A stretch of 64,000 nt of DNA from Myxococcota bacterium. Its GTDB lineage: Bacteria > Myxococcota_A > SURF-8 > G963663525. The notes under the pieces are model-generated. The model saw only the letters and a list, made by a program, of their open reading frames with translations, was not told where the DNA came from and did no database searches. Position numbers and translations under genes: made by a program. Positions 1-9,541 of the stretch are shown one piece after another. The first letter of the stretch is position 1, and each line of letters begins with the position of its first letter. The stretch covers positions 160,001-224,000 of the forward strand of contig CAXXVK010000060.1 of assembly GCA_963676915.2 (NCBI GenBank). The letters run 5' to 3'.

Positions 1-1773
1 GACGGACTCGAAGTGATGCGCCACACGGCGGCCCACGTCATGGCGCAGGCGATTCTTCGGGTATTCCCCGAGGCGAAACTGGCTATCGGTCCTACCGTGG
101 AAAACGGTTTCTACTACGACATCGATTTCGGCGACAAGGAGTTTTCTTCCAGCGATTTCAAGCGTATCCAGTCGGAGATGCAAAAGATCGTCAAGAAGAA
201 ATTCCCCATCGAACGCAAAGAAGTCAGTCGGGATGAAGCCCTCGCGATGTGGGAGCCGGAAGGGGAAATCTACAAAGTCGAACTGATCCAGGATCTTCCC
301 GAAGGCGAGACGATCAGCACCTATACCCAGGGTGAATTCACCGACCTCTGTCGCGGTCCCCACACTCCCCATACGGGTTTCGTGCGGGCGTTCAAACTGA
401 TGAGCGTGGCCGGAGCCTATTGGCGAGGCGATGAAAAGCGCCAGCAGCTCACTCGTATTTACGGAACCGCGTGGCCGACGAAAGATGCGCTGAAAGACTA
501 TCTCCACCGCCTGGAAGAAGCCGAGAAACGCGACCATCGTAAGCTTGCCAAGCAACTGGAATTGTTCATGATTTCCGAGGAAGCGGGCAAGGGACTTCCC
601 CTGTGGATGCCCAACGGAACGATTATTCGGGAAGAACTCGAAAAACTGGCCAAGGAAAAAGAATTCGACTACGGATACGAGCGCGTGGCGACGCCGCACA
701 TTACCCGGCAGGAACTGTATTTCCGTTCCGGGCATTTGCCATACTACAAGGATTCGATGTTTCCTCCGTTGTCCATGAAAGACAAGGACAAAGATGAGGA
801 TGAAGTGTTCTATCTCAAGCCGATGAACTGCCCTCACCATCACATGATTTACGCCGCTCGTCCGCGTTCCTACCGTGAACTGCCGTTGCGGCTTTCGGAA
901 TACGGTCAGGTGTACCGCTACGAGAAATCCGGTGAGCTGGCGGGAATTTTGCGCGTACGGGGAATGTGCATGAACGACGCTCACCTGTACGTCCGCGAAG
1001 ACCAGTTGAAAGAGGAATTCCAGCTCGTGATGCAGATGCACAAAGAGTACTACGAGCTGTTCGGCCTGAAAGACTACTACATGCGGCTTTCGCTGGGCGA
1101 CCCGGAAGACGACAAAAAATACTTCAAAGACGATGCTCTGTGGCGCAAGGCCGAAAAAATTTGTGCCGAGGCGATGGACGCGGCCGGAATGAATTACAAA
1201 ACCGTGCGCGGCGAGGCGGCGTTCTACGGTCCCAAGGTTGACGTACAATTCAAGAACGTGATGGGACGCGAGGAAACCAACGGCACGAACCAGGTCGATT
1301 TCCTGGCCGCCGAGCGTTTCAATCTGCGCTACATCGGTTCCGACGGACAAGAGCACAAACCGGTGGTACTGCATCGCGCCCCGTTGGGAACCCACGAACG
1401 CTTCATCGCTTTTCTGATCGAGCACTTCGCGGGTGCGTTCCCGCTGTGGATGAGCCCCAAACAGGTGGTGGTGATTCCCGTTGCAGCGGCGTTTGCCGAC
1501 TATGCCCACAAACTCAGCGCCGATCTGCGGGCGGCACGGATTCGCTCGGAAGTGGACGACTCGACCGAAACCCTCAACAAACGCATTCGCACGGCGATCA
1601 CTCATTGGAAGACCCCTTGCGTGCTGGTGGTCGGAGAGCGGGAAATGACTCAGGAAGCCGTCACGCTGCGCCAGTACGGTATCAAAGAGCAGAAACAGAT
1701 GCCGTACACCGAGTTCAAAGCCTGGGCCTTGGAACAAATCCGTACCCGTGCTTTACCGGATCGGGAGTTGTAA
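1..1773 (+). CDS. thrS: Threonine--tRNA ligase (5' end outside window)
   Basis: Motifs RHTAAHVMAQA, DLCRGPH, RDHRKL, KPMNCPHH, AAFYGPK, HRAPLGTHERF; frame is open from base 1. Confidence 0.98.
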   Translation, partial: DGLEVMRHTAAHVMAQAILRVFPEAKLAIGPTVENGFYYDIDFGDKEFSSSDFKRIQSEMQKIVKKKFPIERKEVSRDEALAMWEPEGEIYKVELIQDLPEGETISTYTQGEFTDLCRGPHTPHTGFVRAFKLMSVAGAYWRGDEKRQQLTRIYGTAWPTKDALKDYLHRLEEAEKRDHRKLAKQLELFMISEEAGKGLPLWMPNGTIIREELEKLAKEKEFDYGYERVATPHITRQELYFRSGHLPYYKDSMFPPLSMKDKDKDEDEVFYLKPMNCPHHHMIYAARPRSYRELPLRLSEYGQVYRYEKSGELAGILRVRGMCMNDAHLYVREDQLKEEFQLVMQMHKEYYELFGLKDYYMRLSLGDPEDDKKYFKDDALWRKAEKICAEAMDAAGMNYKTVRGEAAFYGPKVDVQFKNVMGREETNGTNQVDFLAAERFNLRYIGSDGQEHKPVVLHRAPLGTHERFIAFLIEHFAGAFPLWMSPKQVVVIPVAAAFADYAHKLSADLRAARIRSEVDDSTETLNKRIRTAITHWKTPCVLVVGEREMTQEAVTLRQYGIKEQKQMPYTEFKAWALEQIRTRALPDREL

Positions 1774-1800
1774 CCTCTGTAAAACACGGCTAGATTTTTG

Positions 1801-1837
1801 AAGGGACAGGTTCCGGTCGGAGCTTGTCCCTTTTTTT
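1801..1837 (+). terminator. Intrinsic terminator after thrS
   Basis: AAGGGACAGGTTCC-ggtc-GGAGCTTGTCCCTT stem (2 G.U pairs) followed by T-run. Confidence 0.8.
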
Positions 1838-1907
1838 GTCCCATGGATTGGAGAGACATGTTACCATGCGAATAATGAACGAATTCAATCGTGGAAAGGG
1901 GATGCCG

Positions 1908-2393
1908 ATGGATAGAAAAATCAACCTTGCGGATGTATTGGATATTGCCGTTCGGATCGAGGAAGAAGGATCGCGTTTTTACAAGAAAGCAGCCGAACTG
2001 GAAACGAATGAAGACCTTTCAAAAATGTTCGAAAGGTTATCCAAAGAAGAGCTGGCGCACGCCCAGAGCTATCGACAAAAAAAAGAGCAATTGGGCGAAA
2101 CCGAGGATCTTTTTCACACCGAGCTTTCCAAAGAGATCGAGGAATTCATTCATTTTACGCTCAAAGGAGATTTTTTCGATCTGGAAGTCGGCAAACAGTA
2201 TTTTACCAAACCGCATTCCAGTGTGGAGATCATCCAAACGGCCATCGACATGGAAAACCGCAGCATTTCTTTTTACGCAGCCTTGCGACAGTCGGCAGCC
2301 AACCCGGAAACTAGGAAAATGATCAACGGCATCATGAATGAAGAACTTTTCCACGTTGTGCGTTTGGGAAAACGTTTGGAAATGCATTTATAA
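1908..2393 (+). CDS. Rubrerythrin/ferritin-like diiron protein
   Basis: IEEEG..FY, EELAH, MENRSISFY, EELFH paired ExxH motifs; AAGGGGA RBS before ATG 1902/1908. Confidence 0.85.
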   Translation: MDRKINLADVLDIAVRIEEEGSRFYKKAAELETNEDLSKMFERLSKEELAHAQSYRQKKEQLGETEDLFHTELSKEIEEFIHFTLKGDFFDLEVGKQYFTKPHSSVEIIQTAIDMENRSISFYAALRQSAANPETRKMINGIMNEELFHVVRLGKRLEMHL

Positions 2394-2588
2394 GGCGAAT
2401 CCGTCGGTCCGTTGGGTAAAATTGCCCAACCTCCGAATTTTTCCCAGCATTTGCATTCTTACCCTGAAAACATCTTCCGAAGGAAACCTTCTTGCTCCGT
2501 TCGGCGGGAATGTGCTAGGTTGAGCAAGACTATACCCTGAGATGCCATTTTCACGGCCTCGCCCACCACGATCCGAGGAGGTTCGTCG

Positions 2589-3860
2589 ATGCTTTGCCGC
2601 TTGCTTCCAATTCTACTTGCCATTGTGTGTTTATCCTCGACGGCGTGGGCCGATACCGCCAAAAAGCCCCAACCGAAAGTTCTTTCGGATGAACTCTCGC
2701 TGCTCTGGATCGTCGAAGAACGTATCGATGACGAAAAGACCGATCTGGAACTGCTTCAGCACGCCATGCAAGCAGATTTGTACAAGATCGGTCTGCGGGC
2801 GATCAAGGGAACCAAGGCCAAGGCGCTGGCCAAACCCTGCGACATCGAAGCGATGATGAAAGACGAATTCTGCGCGTCGATCGGAGCGACCGACGCGGAT
2901 ATCGTTTTCGTCGCCACCGTGGATTCCAAAGCCAAGGTCAAAGACAAACGAAAACGCAAAAAAGCCAAAAAGATGGGCTATCAGGTGAAAGTTCAGTTGA
3001 AAATGTTCCGCGTGGACGAACAGCGGTACTATGGATCTCTCACCCAGTCTTCCTATGCCACGGCAGGAACCGCCAACCTGGCCACCCAGGAAGCTCTGAA
3101 AAAAATCGTCAATCCCATGACCATGCTGATTTCCATCAAAACCCACGCCACGATGTCCAAGGAAAATGTGGCGCAGATTTACGTTTCGGGATTGCCGTCG
3201 GCCGATCAATACAACAACATGTTGTTGCATTTCCCGCTGATCGACGTCGTTTCCGAAGCGCGGGTGCGTAATCTCGATCCAGAAAAAGGACAGGTCAGCG
3301 TCGTGTTCTCGGGAACCACCGTGGCAGGGCTTTCGCGTTCGATCAACAAATCCTACGGTGTCGGCCTGAAAACCACCGTGACCGGGCCGATGAAACTGGA
3401 CGCGACGTATTCGCCCTCGCACGCTTTCGCTATGCTATCGCATGTCTATGAAATCAAAGACAATAGCGGCGGACAGCGCACCGGAGACGCCGCCAAATTG
3501 AAGGTGGCGACCGCCAAACAGATCGATGCGCTCTGGCGCTACTCCAAAGTAGCCGATACGGGAACCGATACCTATTCTCCTCGCTATGCAACCCGTTTTT
3601 ACAACGACTATGGCGGAGAGTTGATCATCACCGGTAGCATCACCCGCACGGCGGACGTCTATTTTCTCGAACTGGTGGCCAAGCATCACAAGGCCGGAGA
3701 AATCGCCCGCGTGAAAAAGTCCGATCCGGGAAATATCGACGACTGGGCGAGGCTTGCGGTGATCGATCTCGGAAACGAAATCCTGCGTGGCCTCGACAGG
3801 AAAACCAACCGGTTGCCCTCCGACGAGAGGGAACAGTACCGAGCCTACCGCAATCAATGA
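2589..3860 (+). CDS. Exported hypothetical protein
   Basis: 423-aa ORF with N-terminal signal peptide (LLPILLAIVCLSSTAWA); no recognised domain. Confidence 0.75.
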   Translation: MLCRLLPILLAIVCLSSTAWADTAKKPQPKVLSDELSLLWIVEERIDDEKTDLELLQHAMQADLYKIGLRAIKGTKAKALAKPCDIEAMMKDEFCASIGATDADIVFVATVDSKAKVKDKRKRKKAKKMGYQVKVQLKMFRVDEQRYYGSLTQSSYATAGTANLATQEALKKIVNPMTMLISIKTHATMSKENVAQIYVSGLPSADQYNNMLLHFPLIDVVSEARVRNLDPEKGQVSVVFSGTTVAGLSRSINKSYGVGLKTTVTGPMKLDATYSPSHAFAMLSHVYEIKDNSGGQRTGDAAKLKVATAKQIDALWRYSKVADTGTDTYSPRYATRFYNDYGGELIITGSITRTADVYFLELVAKHHKAGEIARVKKSDPGNIDDWARLAVIDLGNEILRGLDRKTNRLPSDEREQYRAYRNQ

Positions 3861-3864
3861 TGAT

Positions 3865-3898
3865 ACGGCTCATTCCCGATAAGGAATGAGCCGTTTTT
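3865..3898 (+). terminator. Intrinsic terminator
   Basis: Perfect 12-bp stem ACGGCTCATTCC/GGAATGAGCCGT then Ts, immediately after the stop codon. Confidence 0.8.
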
Positions 3899-4243
3899 CG
3901 TTTGTTTTCAACAAAGTGGTGAACGATGAGGGACCAAGGCAGCGGTGTCCTTTTGTTGCACTTTAATAACAAAAGACTATTTCCAGATATGTAAAATGTT
4001 GACAAGCTCTTTTTTTTCGTTCTATTTTAAATCATTAAATATTATTATAAAGAAGATGTTTTAAACTGGTCATTGGATGAAGCGACTGGATATTAATAGG
4101 AAAATCATCGGGTGACGTTTATGACGGGGGGATAAAAATAGTTTGTTTTCAATTTTCTTCGTTGGGTGTGGCGTAGGACGGACCTAAGGGTGTATAATTG
4201 TGTGAGGAACCGGGAATAAGGTTCAGGTAGGAAAGAGGTCATC

Positions 4244-6181
4244 GTGACCAACCTTTTGCTGATCGACAACCAGAAAGACTTCGTTCGTGCCTGGCTGGAA
4301 ACCGTGAATTCCTTGTGGCCGGATGGAATGCACCGTTGGGTTACCGATACCTCGACCCTCGGAAACGATTCTGTGGATTTCGTTTTCGTTTCGTTGCAAA
4401 CCATCCCGAGTGAATCCGCTGTGGAATTCGCCAACTGGAGGGTTACGATTCCCGCCGATGCCCGCCTGCTTTTCATCGATGACGACGACAACCCTTGCTA
4501 TGCAAAACGAACGTTTTTACATCCGTGGCCGGCATTACCGCGAAAGCAGGTATTGGGTTCTATAGAGCACATTCTCGCTTTTAACCTTTTCGGATGTACG
4601 CAAAAAACGGTGGAAAAGGCACCGAGCGAAAAGATTTCCTCCGTTGCGGAAATCGGGGCCGACCTCTTCGATCGCATCCCCTTGGGACTCCGCGTACGCA
4701 ACCGCTATGGCGAAGCGGTCTACAAAAACGCCATGTTTTCCCAGCTCATCAAGGATAAAATCGCATCGGACAATCTCCGGTACATGATTTTCATCAATGG
4801 AAAAACCACGCAAGAGGTTTCCGAGCGGGAACTTGTGGAAATGGTGTTGCAAAACAGCCAGAGTAGCAAGCCGTTTCTTGCTCGAACATCCATGGATTCG
4901 ACGATCTACCAGATAGCATTCACGTCGGTCCAGGAAGGTATAAAAGGCAAGCTATGGATCGTCGAGATCTGGCGGGATATTACGGAAGAGGTGAATATCC
5001 AGAAGAGCCTGATCAATGCGCAGAAAATGGAAGCCGTCGGGAGCCTTGCCGGAGGCATCGCACATGATTTCAATAACTTGCTGGCCGGGATCATGGGCTA
5101 TGCCGACCTGATCAAGATGCTGGCCAAGGGAACGCCTGCTGCCCGGTATGCCGAGACCATCAGCAAAACGAGTGCGAAGGCTTCGGATCTGACGCAACAG
5201 TTGGTCGCTTTGACCGAACGGCGCGAACAAAGCCCGAAACCCATGAACATGGGAACGGTGGTCAAAAACGCTACAAAATTGATCAAAGCCGGTCTGCCTC
5301 CAACCGGAGGGTTCGAAGTATCGGATTATACCTCGCACGAGAGCGGACGAATTATCGGTATTCCCCAGCAGATTCAACAACTTCTGGTGTCGTTTTCAAA
5401 AGCGGTGAAAGACAGTCTGGAACAGGCCAAGTTGTCGTTGGATTGCCGAGATTATCGCCTCGATTCTTCCAGCGAATGGGTGAGGAAAAAGAATATCGAT
5501 CCGGGTTTGTACATCGGAGTGTTTATCAAGGTCGAAGGAGATTTGACGGATTTTACACTTTTCGAGCAGTTCAGACGTCTGGTGGAGGGCAAAAAGAAGG
5601 ATTTCGAAGTTTCCGGGGTCAGTCTGCAAGTTGCCGCCAACATCGTACAAGCCCATCAATGCCGCGTGTTGATCGAAAAAAAGGGAACCTCTGCTCAGCG
5701 TTTGGTTTTACTGTTTCCGAAACAGGACAAAACCATCGAAATCGATTCTACGGATGCCATCCAGATGGACCATCCCTGGTGCATTCTCGCGGTCGATGAC
5801 GAGGAAATCATTCGTCGTATGCTTGGCGTCGGTTTGGGACGCTTCGGCTACGAAGTCGAAACCGCCGAATCGGGAATGGAAGCTCTGGAAATCCTCAAGG
5901 ATCGACCGGAGGATTTCGACCTGATCCTGCTCGATATGCTCATGCCGGGATGGACCGGAGCGAAAACGTTTTACAAAATAAAAGAGGTTCTGCGAGATCC
6001 CCAAATCATCATCTTTTCCGGTATGGCCGATCCGGGGGATGTCAAAGATCTTTTACGCGACGGTGCTTTGGATTACATCCAGAAACCGATTCGGTTGCCG
6101 GTTCTGGCGCAACGTCTCAATGAATTCTTTGCTCAATCCCGAAAAGGTTCGGCCGCACCGATGCCTCGTGTCGGAAGCTGA
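4244..6181 (+). CDS. Hybrid sensor kinase-like/response regulator (PAS-like, HisKA, degenerate HATPase, REC)
   Basis: QKMEAVGSLAGGIAHDFNNLL H-box; C-terminal receiver (VDDE, LLDMLMP, IQKP); N/G boxes eroded. Confidence 0.88.
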   Translation: MTNLLLIDNQKDFVRAWLETVNSLWPDGMHRWVTDTSTLGNDSVDFVFVSLQTIPSESAVEFANWRVTIPADARLLFIDDDDNPCYAKRTFLHPWPALPRKQVLGSIEHILAFNLFGCTQKTVEKAPSEKISSVAEIGADLFDRIPLGLRVRNRYGEAVYKNAMFSQLIKDKIASDNLRYMIFINGKTTQEVSERELVEMVLQNSQSSKPFLARTSMDSTIYQIAFTSVQEGIKGKLWIVEIWRDITEEVNIQKSLINAQKMEAVGSLAGGIAHDFNNLLAGIMGYADLIKMLAKGTPAARYAETISKTSAKASDLTQQLVALTERREQSPKPMNMGTVVKNATKLIKAGLPPTGGFEVSDYTSHESGRIIGIPQQIQQLLVSFSKAVKDSLEQAKLSLDCRDYRLDSSSEWVRKKNIDPGLYIGVFIKVEGDLTDFTLFEQFRRLVEGKKKDFEVSGVSLQVAANIVQAHQCRVLIEKKGTSAQRLVLLFPKQDKTIEIDSTDAIQMDHPWCILAVDDEEIIRRMLGVGLGRFGYEVETAESGMEALEILKDRPEDFDLILLDMLMPGWTGAKTFYKIKEVLRDPQIIIFSGMADPGDVKDLLRDGALDYIQKPIRLPVLAQRLNEFFAQSRKGSAAPMPRVGS

Positions 6182-6200
6182 TTTTTCATGGATTGAAAAA

Positions 6201-6749
6201 TTACTCGTCCGCCAGCGGATATCCGGCTTCTACCCAGGCTTCCAGACCGCCATCGAGACAGGCTACATGCGTGTATCCGGCGGCAACCAGCGTATCGCAG
6301 GCACCAACCGACATCAGCCCCCGATAACAGTACAGCACTGTTTTACGGTCTTTGTCGTCACCGATGTAGGCCATGACCGCATCCATATCGGTATGGGCGA
6401 TGTGGGTGTCGGTATCGGGGAGTTGACCTTCGTCTCCGTGATACACGTTGATCAGCAGGAAGTCTTTGGTTTCCAACATTTCGTGGAGTTTTTCCGGCGA
6501 AACGGTCCAGACCTGCCCGACGTTTTCCCACACGGTTTGATCCGAACCCCCGGTACCTTCCTCGGTCGCTTCGGTTTCCTCATCCGAATCCGACGCAAGC
6601 TCGGTGTCGTCCGTATCGGCGGACATACCGATTTCCTCGTCACCGGCGGGTGGGTTGTCGCTTTCCTTACAGCCTGATGGAAGCAGCGCCACGAAGAAAA
6701 TCAAAACGAAAAGTGCTAAATTTTTCCAGCAGATACGAAGGTTGTTCAC
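6201..6749 (-). CDS. Rhodanese-domain lipoprotein
   Basis: Lipobox LLPSGC, acidic linker, VLYCYRG active-site loop, LDGGLEAW. Confidence 0.85.
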   Translation of the reverse strand: MNNLRICWKNLALFVLIFFVALLPSGCKESDNPPAGDEEIGMSADTDDTELASDSDEETEATEEGTGGSDQTVWENVGQVWTVSPEKLHEMLETKDFLLINVYHGDEGQLPDTDTHIAHTDMDAVMAYIGDDKDRKTVLYCYRGLMSVGACDTLVAAGYTHVACLDGGLEAWVEAGYPLADE

Positions 6750-6760
6750 AGCGCTATCAC

Positions 6761-7318
6761 CTATAGTTTTCCCCGAAACAGTTCACGGATGCAGATTTTG
6801 CCGTAATCCCATAGCAATCGGAACATACTACGAAAATCGAGATTACTGAAAATATTGTCGAAGGTTCCCATCGGCAGCATTAAAGGAATGATGCCACGGC
6901 TGTATTCCAGCATCCAGGCTTGATCCGGCACCCGGTAGCCTTTGGCGCGCCCTCTAGCAAGATGAGCGCGATCTCCCGGAAGCGAAACGGTCCGCGTCGT
7001 TTCACCTTCGTAGTAGGTCCACATTTCGCCGTCCAACATCCAGTCGTAGACATCCGCCGGGTAGCGACCCGAATGTCCCTCGGTGCCGATGGGCGTACCG
7101 AAGAGAATCACGTACTCGGTCAAGGAACCGTACAGCAGTTTGAGTGTTCCCATGGCTCCGCAGGCGTTGTTGAACACCCAGTCGAATTCACGGGTGATGC
7201 GACCGGGATACCGTTTCTCCAGTTCGCTGATGACGGTTTCGAACATCTCGTCCTGCGGTTTTCCTTTGGCGAGATCGACAATTTCCTGCAACTCGGCGAG
7301 ATCGAAAAGAGTGGTCAT
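6761..7318 (-). CDS. ERG2/sigma-1 receptor family protein (C-8 sterol isomerase-like)
   Basis: WVFNNACGAMG, SLTEYVILFGT, GHSGRY and WMLEYSRG match the ERG2/sigma1R family signatures. Confidence 0.88.
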   Translation of the reverse strand: MTTLFDLAELQEIVDLAKGKPQDEMFETVISELEKRYPGRITREFDWVFNNACGAMGTLKLLYGSLTEYVILFGTPIGTEGHSGRYPADVYDWMLDGEMWTYYEGETTRTVSLPGDRAHLARGRAKGYRVPDQAWMLEYSRGIIPLMLPMGTFDNIFSNLDFRSMFRLLWDYGKICIRELFRGKL

Positions 7319-7380
7319 GAAAATCCTCTATGGAAAATAAGAATAAATCGGTCGAACGTGTGACAAAACGTGAAAAAAGA

Positions 7381-9516
7381 TCAAAGTTGGTGGTACCAGT
7401 TGGAAAGCAGTTCGCTGCGTTCCTGTACGAAAATGCGTTTGAAACTGGCCTCTTCGTCTTCCCCTCGGCCAATGCTTCGTACCAGATCGAGCACGGCCGC
7501 AAACTCGTAATTATCTGCTAGATAAGATACAAACGAAGCCGCCTGTGCGTGTGCGCGGGCGTCGCCACGATTCAAAGTGCGGTCCCATTCACCGAATTCC
7601 CGGTATCCTTCACCTTCCATCAACAGTTTTCTCGGATGGTATTGGTTCGGAACGACTTTCTCCATCAACGTCAGGCTCAGGCCGCATTCGAGCCAGCGCG
7701 GCGTAGCGTCTCCCCCGATCTGCCGGACGATTCGGCGCGCCACGAGGGCGGCCAGTGTCGCCTGGGCTTCTTTTTTGTCGGTATGCATCCACTGGCCGTA
7801 CACCGGGATCGTTCCCGAGGATTCGGGGATATCCAGCCCGAAGGTCGTAACCATGGTGGAAAAATCTTTCGTCCCATCGACGAAGAAAGACAGCCGTTCG
7901 ACATCGGACAGATTGAGCGCCGTGAGCATTTTGTACAGGTTCTGTTCACAGAGCTTCCCCAGATCGATCAACAGTCCGTCGTTTTCGAGACCGGTGGCTT
8001 CGAAGTGACAGCGTCCTGCCGAGGTTGTGTACTGAAGACGGTTCCCCGTATCGGTGGAAGGAGGGGACGGAACTTGTTTCGCTACTTTCTTGGTCGCAGG
8101 CGGCGGCGTTTTCACGATGGTGGTCTGTTTTTGAGGCGCATTCTTTTCCGATACCGGTGAGCCGCCCATCAGAGAAAAACCAGCAATGGCCAGGCCAACC
8201 AGCACGACGGCCAGGCCTCCATACAGCACAATGGGGCGCTTTTTCTTTAAAGATATCGGGTTGTTACCGGTTGTCGGAGAACTCATGATGCCGTAGCGAC
8301 CGCTGGTTTCGAGCTCCAGTTTCGGGCGTCCCTCCCCCAGTTTGACTTTGCGGGAAGACACCTTTTGCAACTCGATTTCCGCTCCCATGTCGTAAAATCG
8401 CCGTTGCAGTTCCTTGGCTTTTTCGAATTCGAGTTTCGGCGACAAGGTAAGCGGTAAATTGCGCAGGATCATCCGAATGGCTTCGGCGGACCGACCCGTG
8501 GTCTGCTTCATGTATTCGATGACTTTGGCTTTGGCTTCGAGCTGCGAAAACCCAAGCAATTTCACCTGCATGAACACTTCTTCCCGACTCGGAGGCTCGA
8601 TGCTCGCCCCGCAGCGGCTGCAATGTTCCTCGTCTTTCAGGCGGGTGGCGACGCCGCAGTCGTCGCAGAACGTCCATTCCGAATCGACGAAATCCTTCTC
8701 ATTGATCACGATGGCGTCCAACTCGGAGATGATATCGCTATAGGACGGGTAGCGCTCCTTGGGAGATTTGGCCATCATCCGTTCGACGATGCGACCCAAC
8801 GAACGAGGGAACTGAGGGTTCAAAGCGACGAGATCCGGGATGGGATCTTTGATATGCTTCATGATCAGGCCGATGGCCGTTTCCGAGGTATACGGCGCTA
8901 CTCCGGTGATCAATTCGTAAAACGTCACGCCCAGGGAATACATATCCGCGTGAAAATCAATGGCTTTTCCGCTGGCCTGTTCGGGACTGATGTATTTCGG
9001 CGTTCCCAACGCCATACCGGTGGCGGTGAGGTTTTCGTCCGCCTGGGTCAGCTTGGCGATGCCGAAATCCACGAGCTTGGCGCCGCCCTCGGCTTCGATC
9101 ATCACGTTGCCCGGCTTCACGTCGCGATGCATCACGCCCTTGTCCGAAGAAAATTTCAAGGCGGCGAGGGTCTGCTGCATCAAGGTGATTTTTTGCAAAC
9201 CGGTCATTCGCATTTTTTTGACGATCAGATCCGACATCGGGATGCCGTCGATGAACTCCATCGCGTAAAACGGCACGCCTTCGGCGGTTCGACCGACGAA
9301 AAAAACATGAGCGATATTGGGATGTTTCAGGTTTGCGGCGGCACGGGCTTCCCGCTCGAAACGGGTGAGGTTCTCTTTGTCGGACATGATCGCGGGAGAA
9401 AGCACCTTCAGGGCCACCCGCATGTTGAGTTCCTCGTCCAGCCCCTCGAAGACCTTTCCCATCGCGCCTTCGCCAATTTTTTTCAGAACTTTGTAATGGC
9501 CGTATCGTTCGGACAT
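7381..9516 (-). CDS. Membrane Ser/Thr protein kinase (Hanks type) with zinc ribbon, L7/L12-CTD-like region, TM and extracellular domain
   Basis: GEGAMGKV, VALK, HRDVKPGN, DFGIA, GTPKYISPE; CDDC/CSRC; hydrophobic helix IVLYGGLAVVLVGLAIAGFSL. Confidence 0.93.
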   Translation of the reverse strand: MSERYGHYKVLKKIGEGAMGKVFEGLDEELNMRVALKVLSPAIMSDKENLTRFEREARAAANLKHPNIAHVFFVGRTAEGVPFYAMEFIDGIPMSDLIVKKMRMTGLQKITLMQQTLAALKFSSDKGVMHRDVKPGNVMIEAEGGAKLVDFGIAKLTQADENLTATGMALGTPKYISPEQASGKAIDFHADMYSLGVTFYELITGVAPYTSETAIGLIMKHIKDPIPDLVALNPQFPRSLGRIVERMMAKSPKERYPSYSDIISELDAIVINEKDFVDSEWTFCDDCGVATRLKDEEHCSRCGASIEPPSREEVFMQVKLLGFSQLEAKAKVIEYMKQTTGRSAEAIRMILRNLPLTLSPKLEFEKAKELQRRFYDMGAEIELQKVSSRKVKLGEGRPKLELETSGRYGIMSSPTTGNNPISLKKKRPIVLYGGLAVVLVGLAIAGFSLMGGSPVSEKNAPQKQTTIVKTPPPATKKVAKQVPSPPSTDTGNRLQYTTSAGRCHFEATGLENDGLLIDLGKLCEQNLYKMLTALNLSDVERLSFFVDGTKDFSTMVTTFGLDIPESSGTIPVYGQWMHTDKKEAQATLAALVARRIVRQIGGDATPRWLECGLSLTLMEKVVPNQYHPRKLLMEGEGYREFGEWDRTLNRGDARAHAQAASFVSYLADNYEFAAVLDLVRSIGRGEDEEASFKRIFVQERSELLSNWYHQL

Positions 9517-9541
9517 AGTGCACGTACTTTCGCTATAGAGC

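Noticed and set aside
4070-4240. Several GGA triplets upstream of the hybrid kinase
   Set aside because: Not in hairpin loops, mostly not ANGGA; compatible with chance
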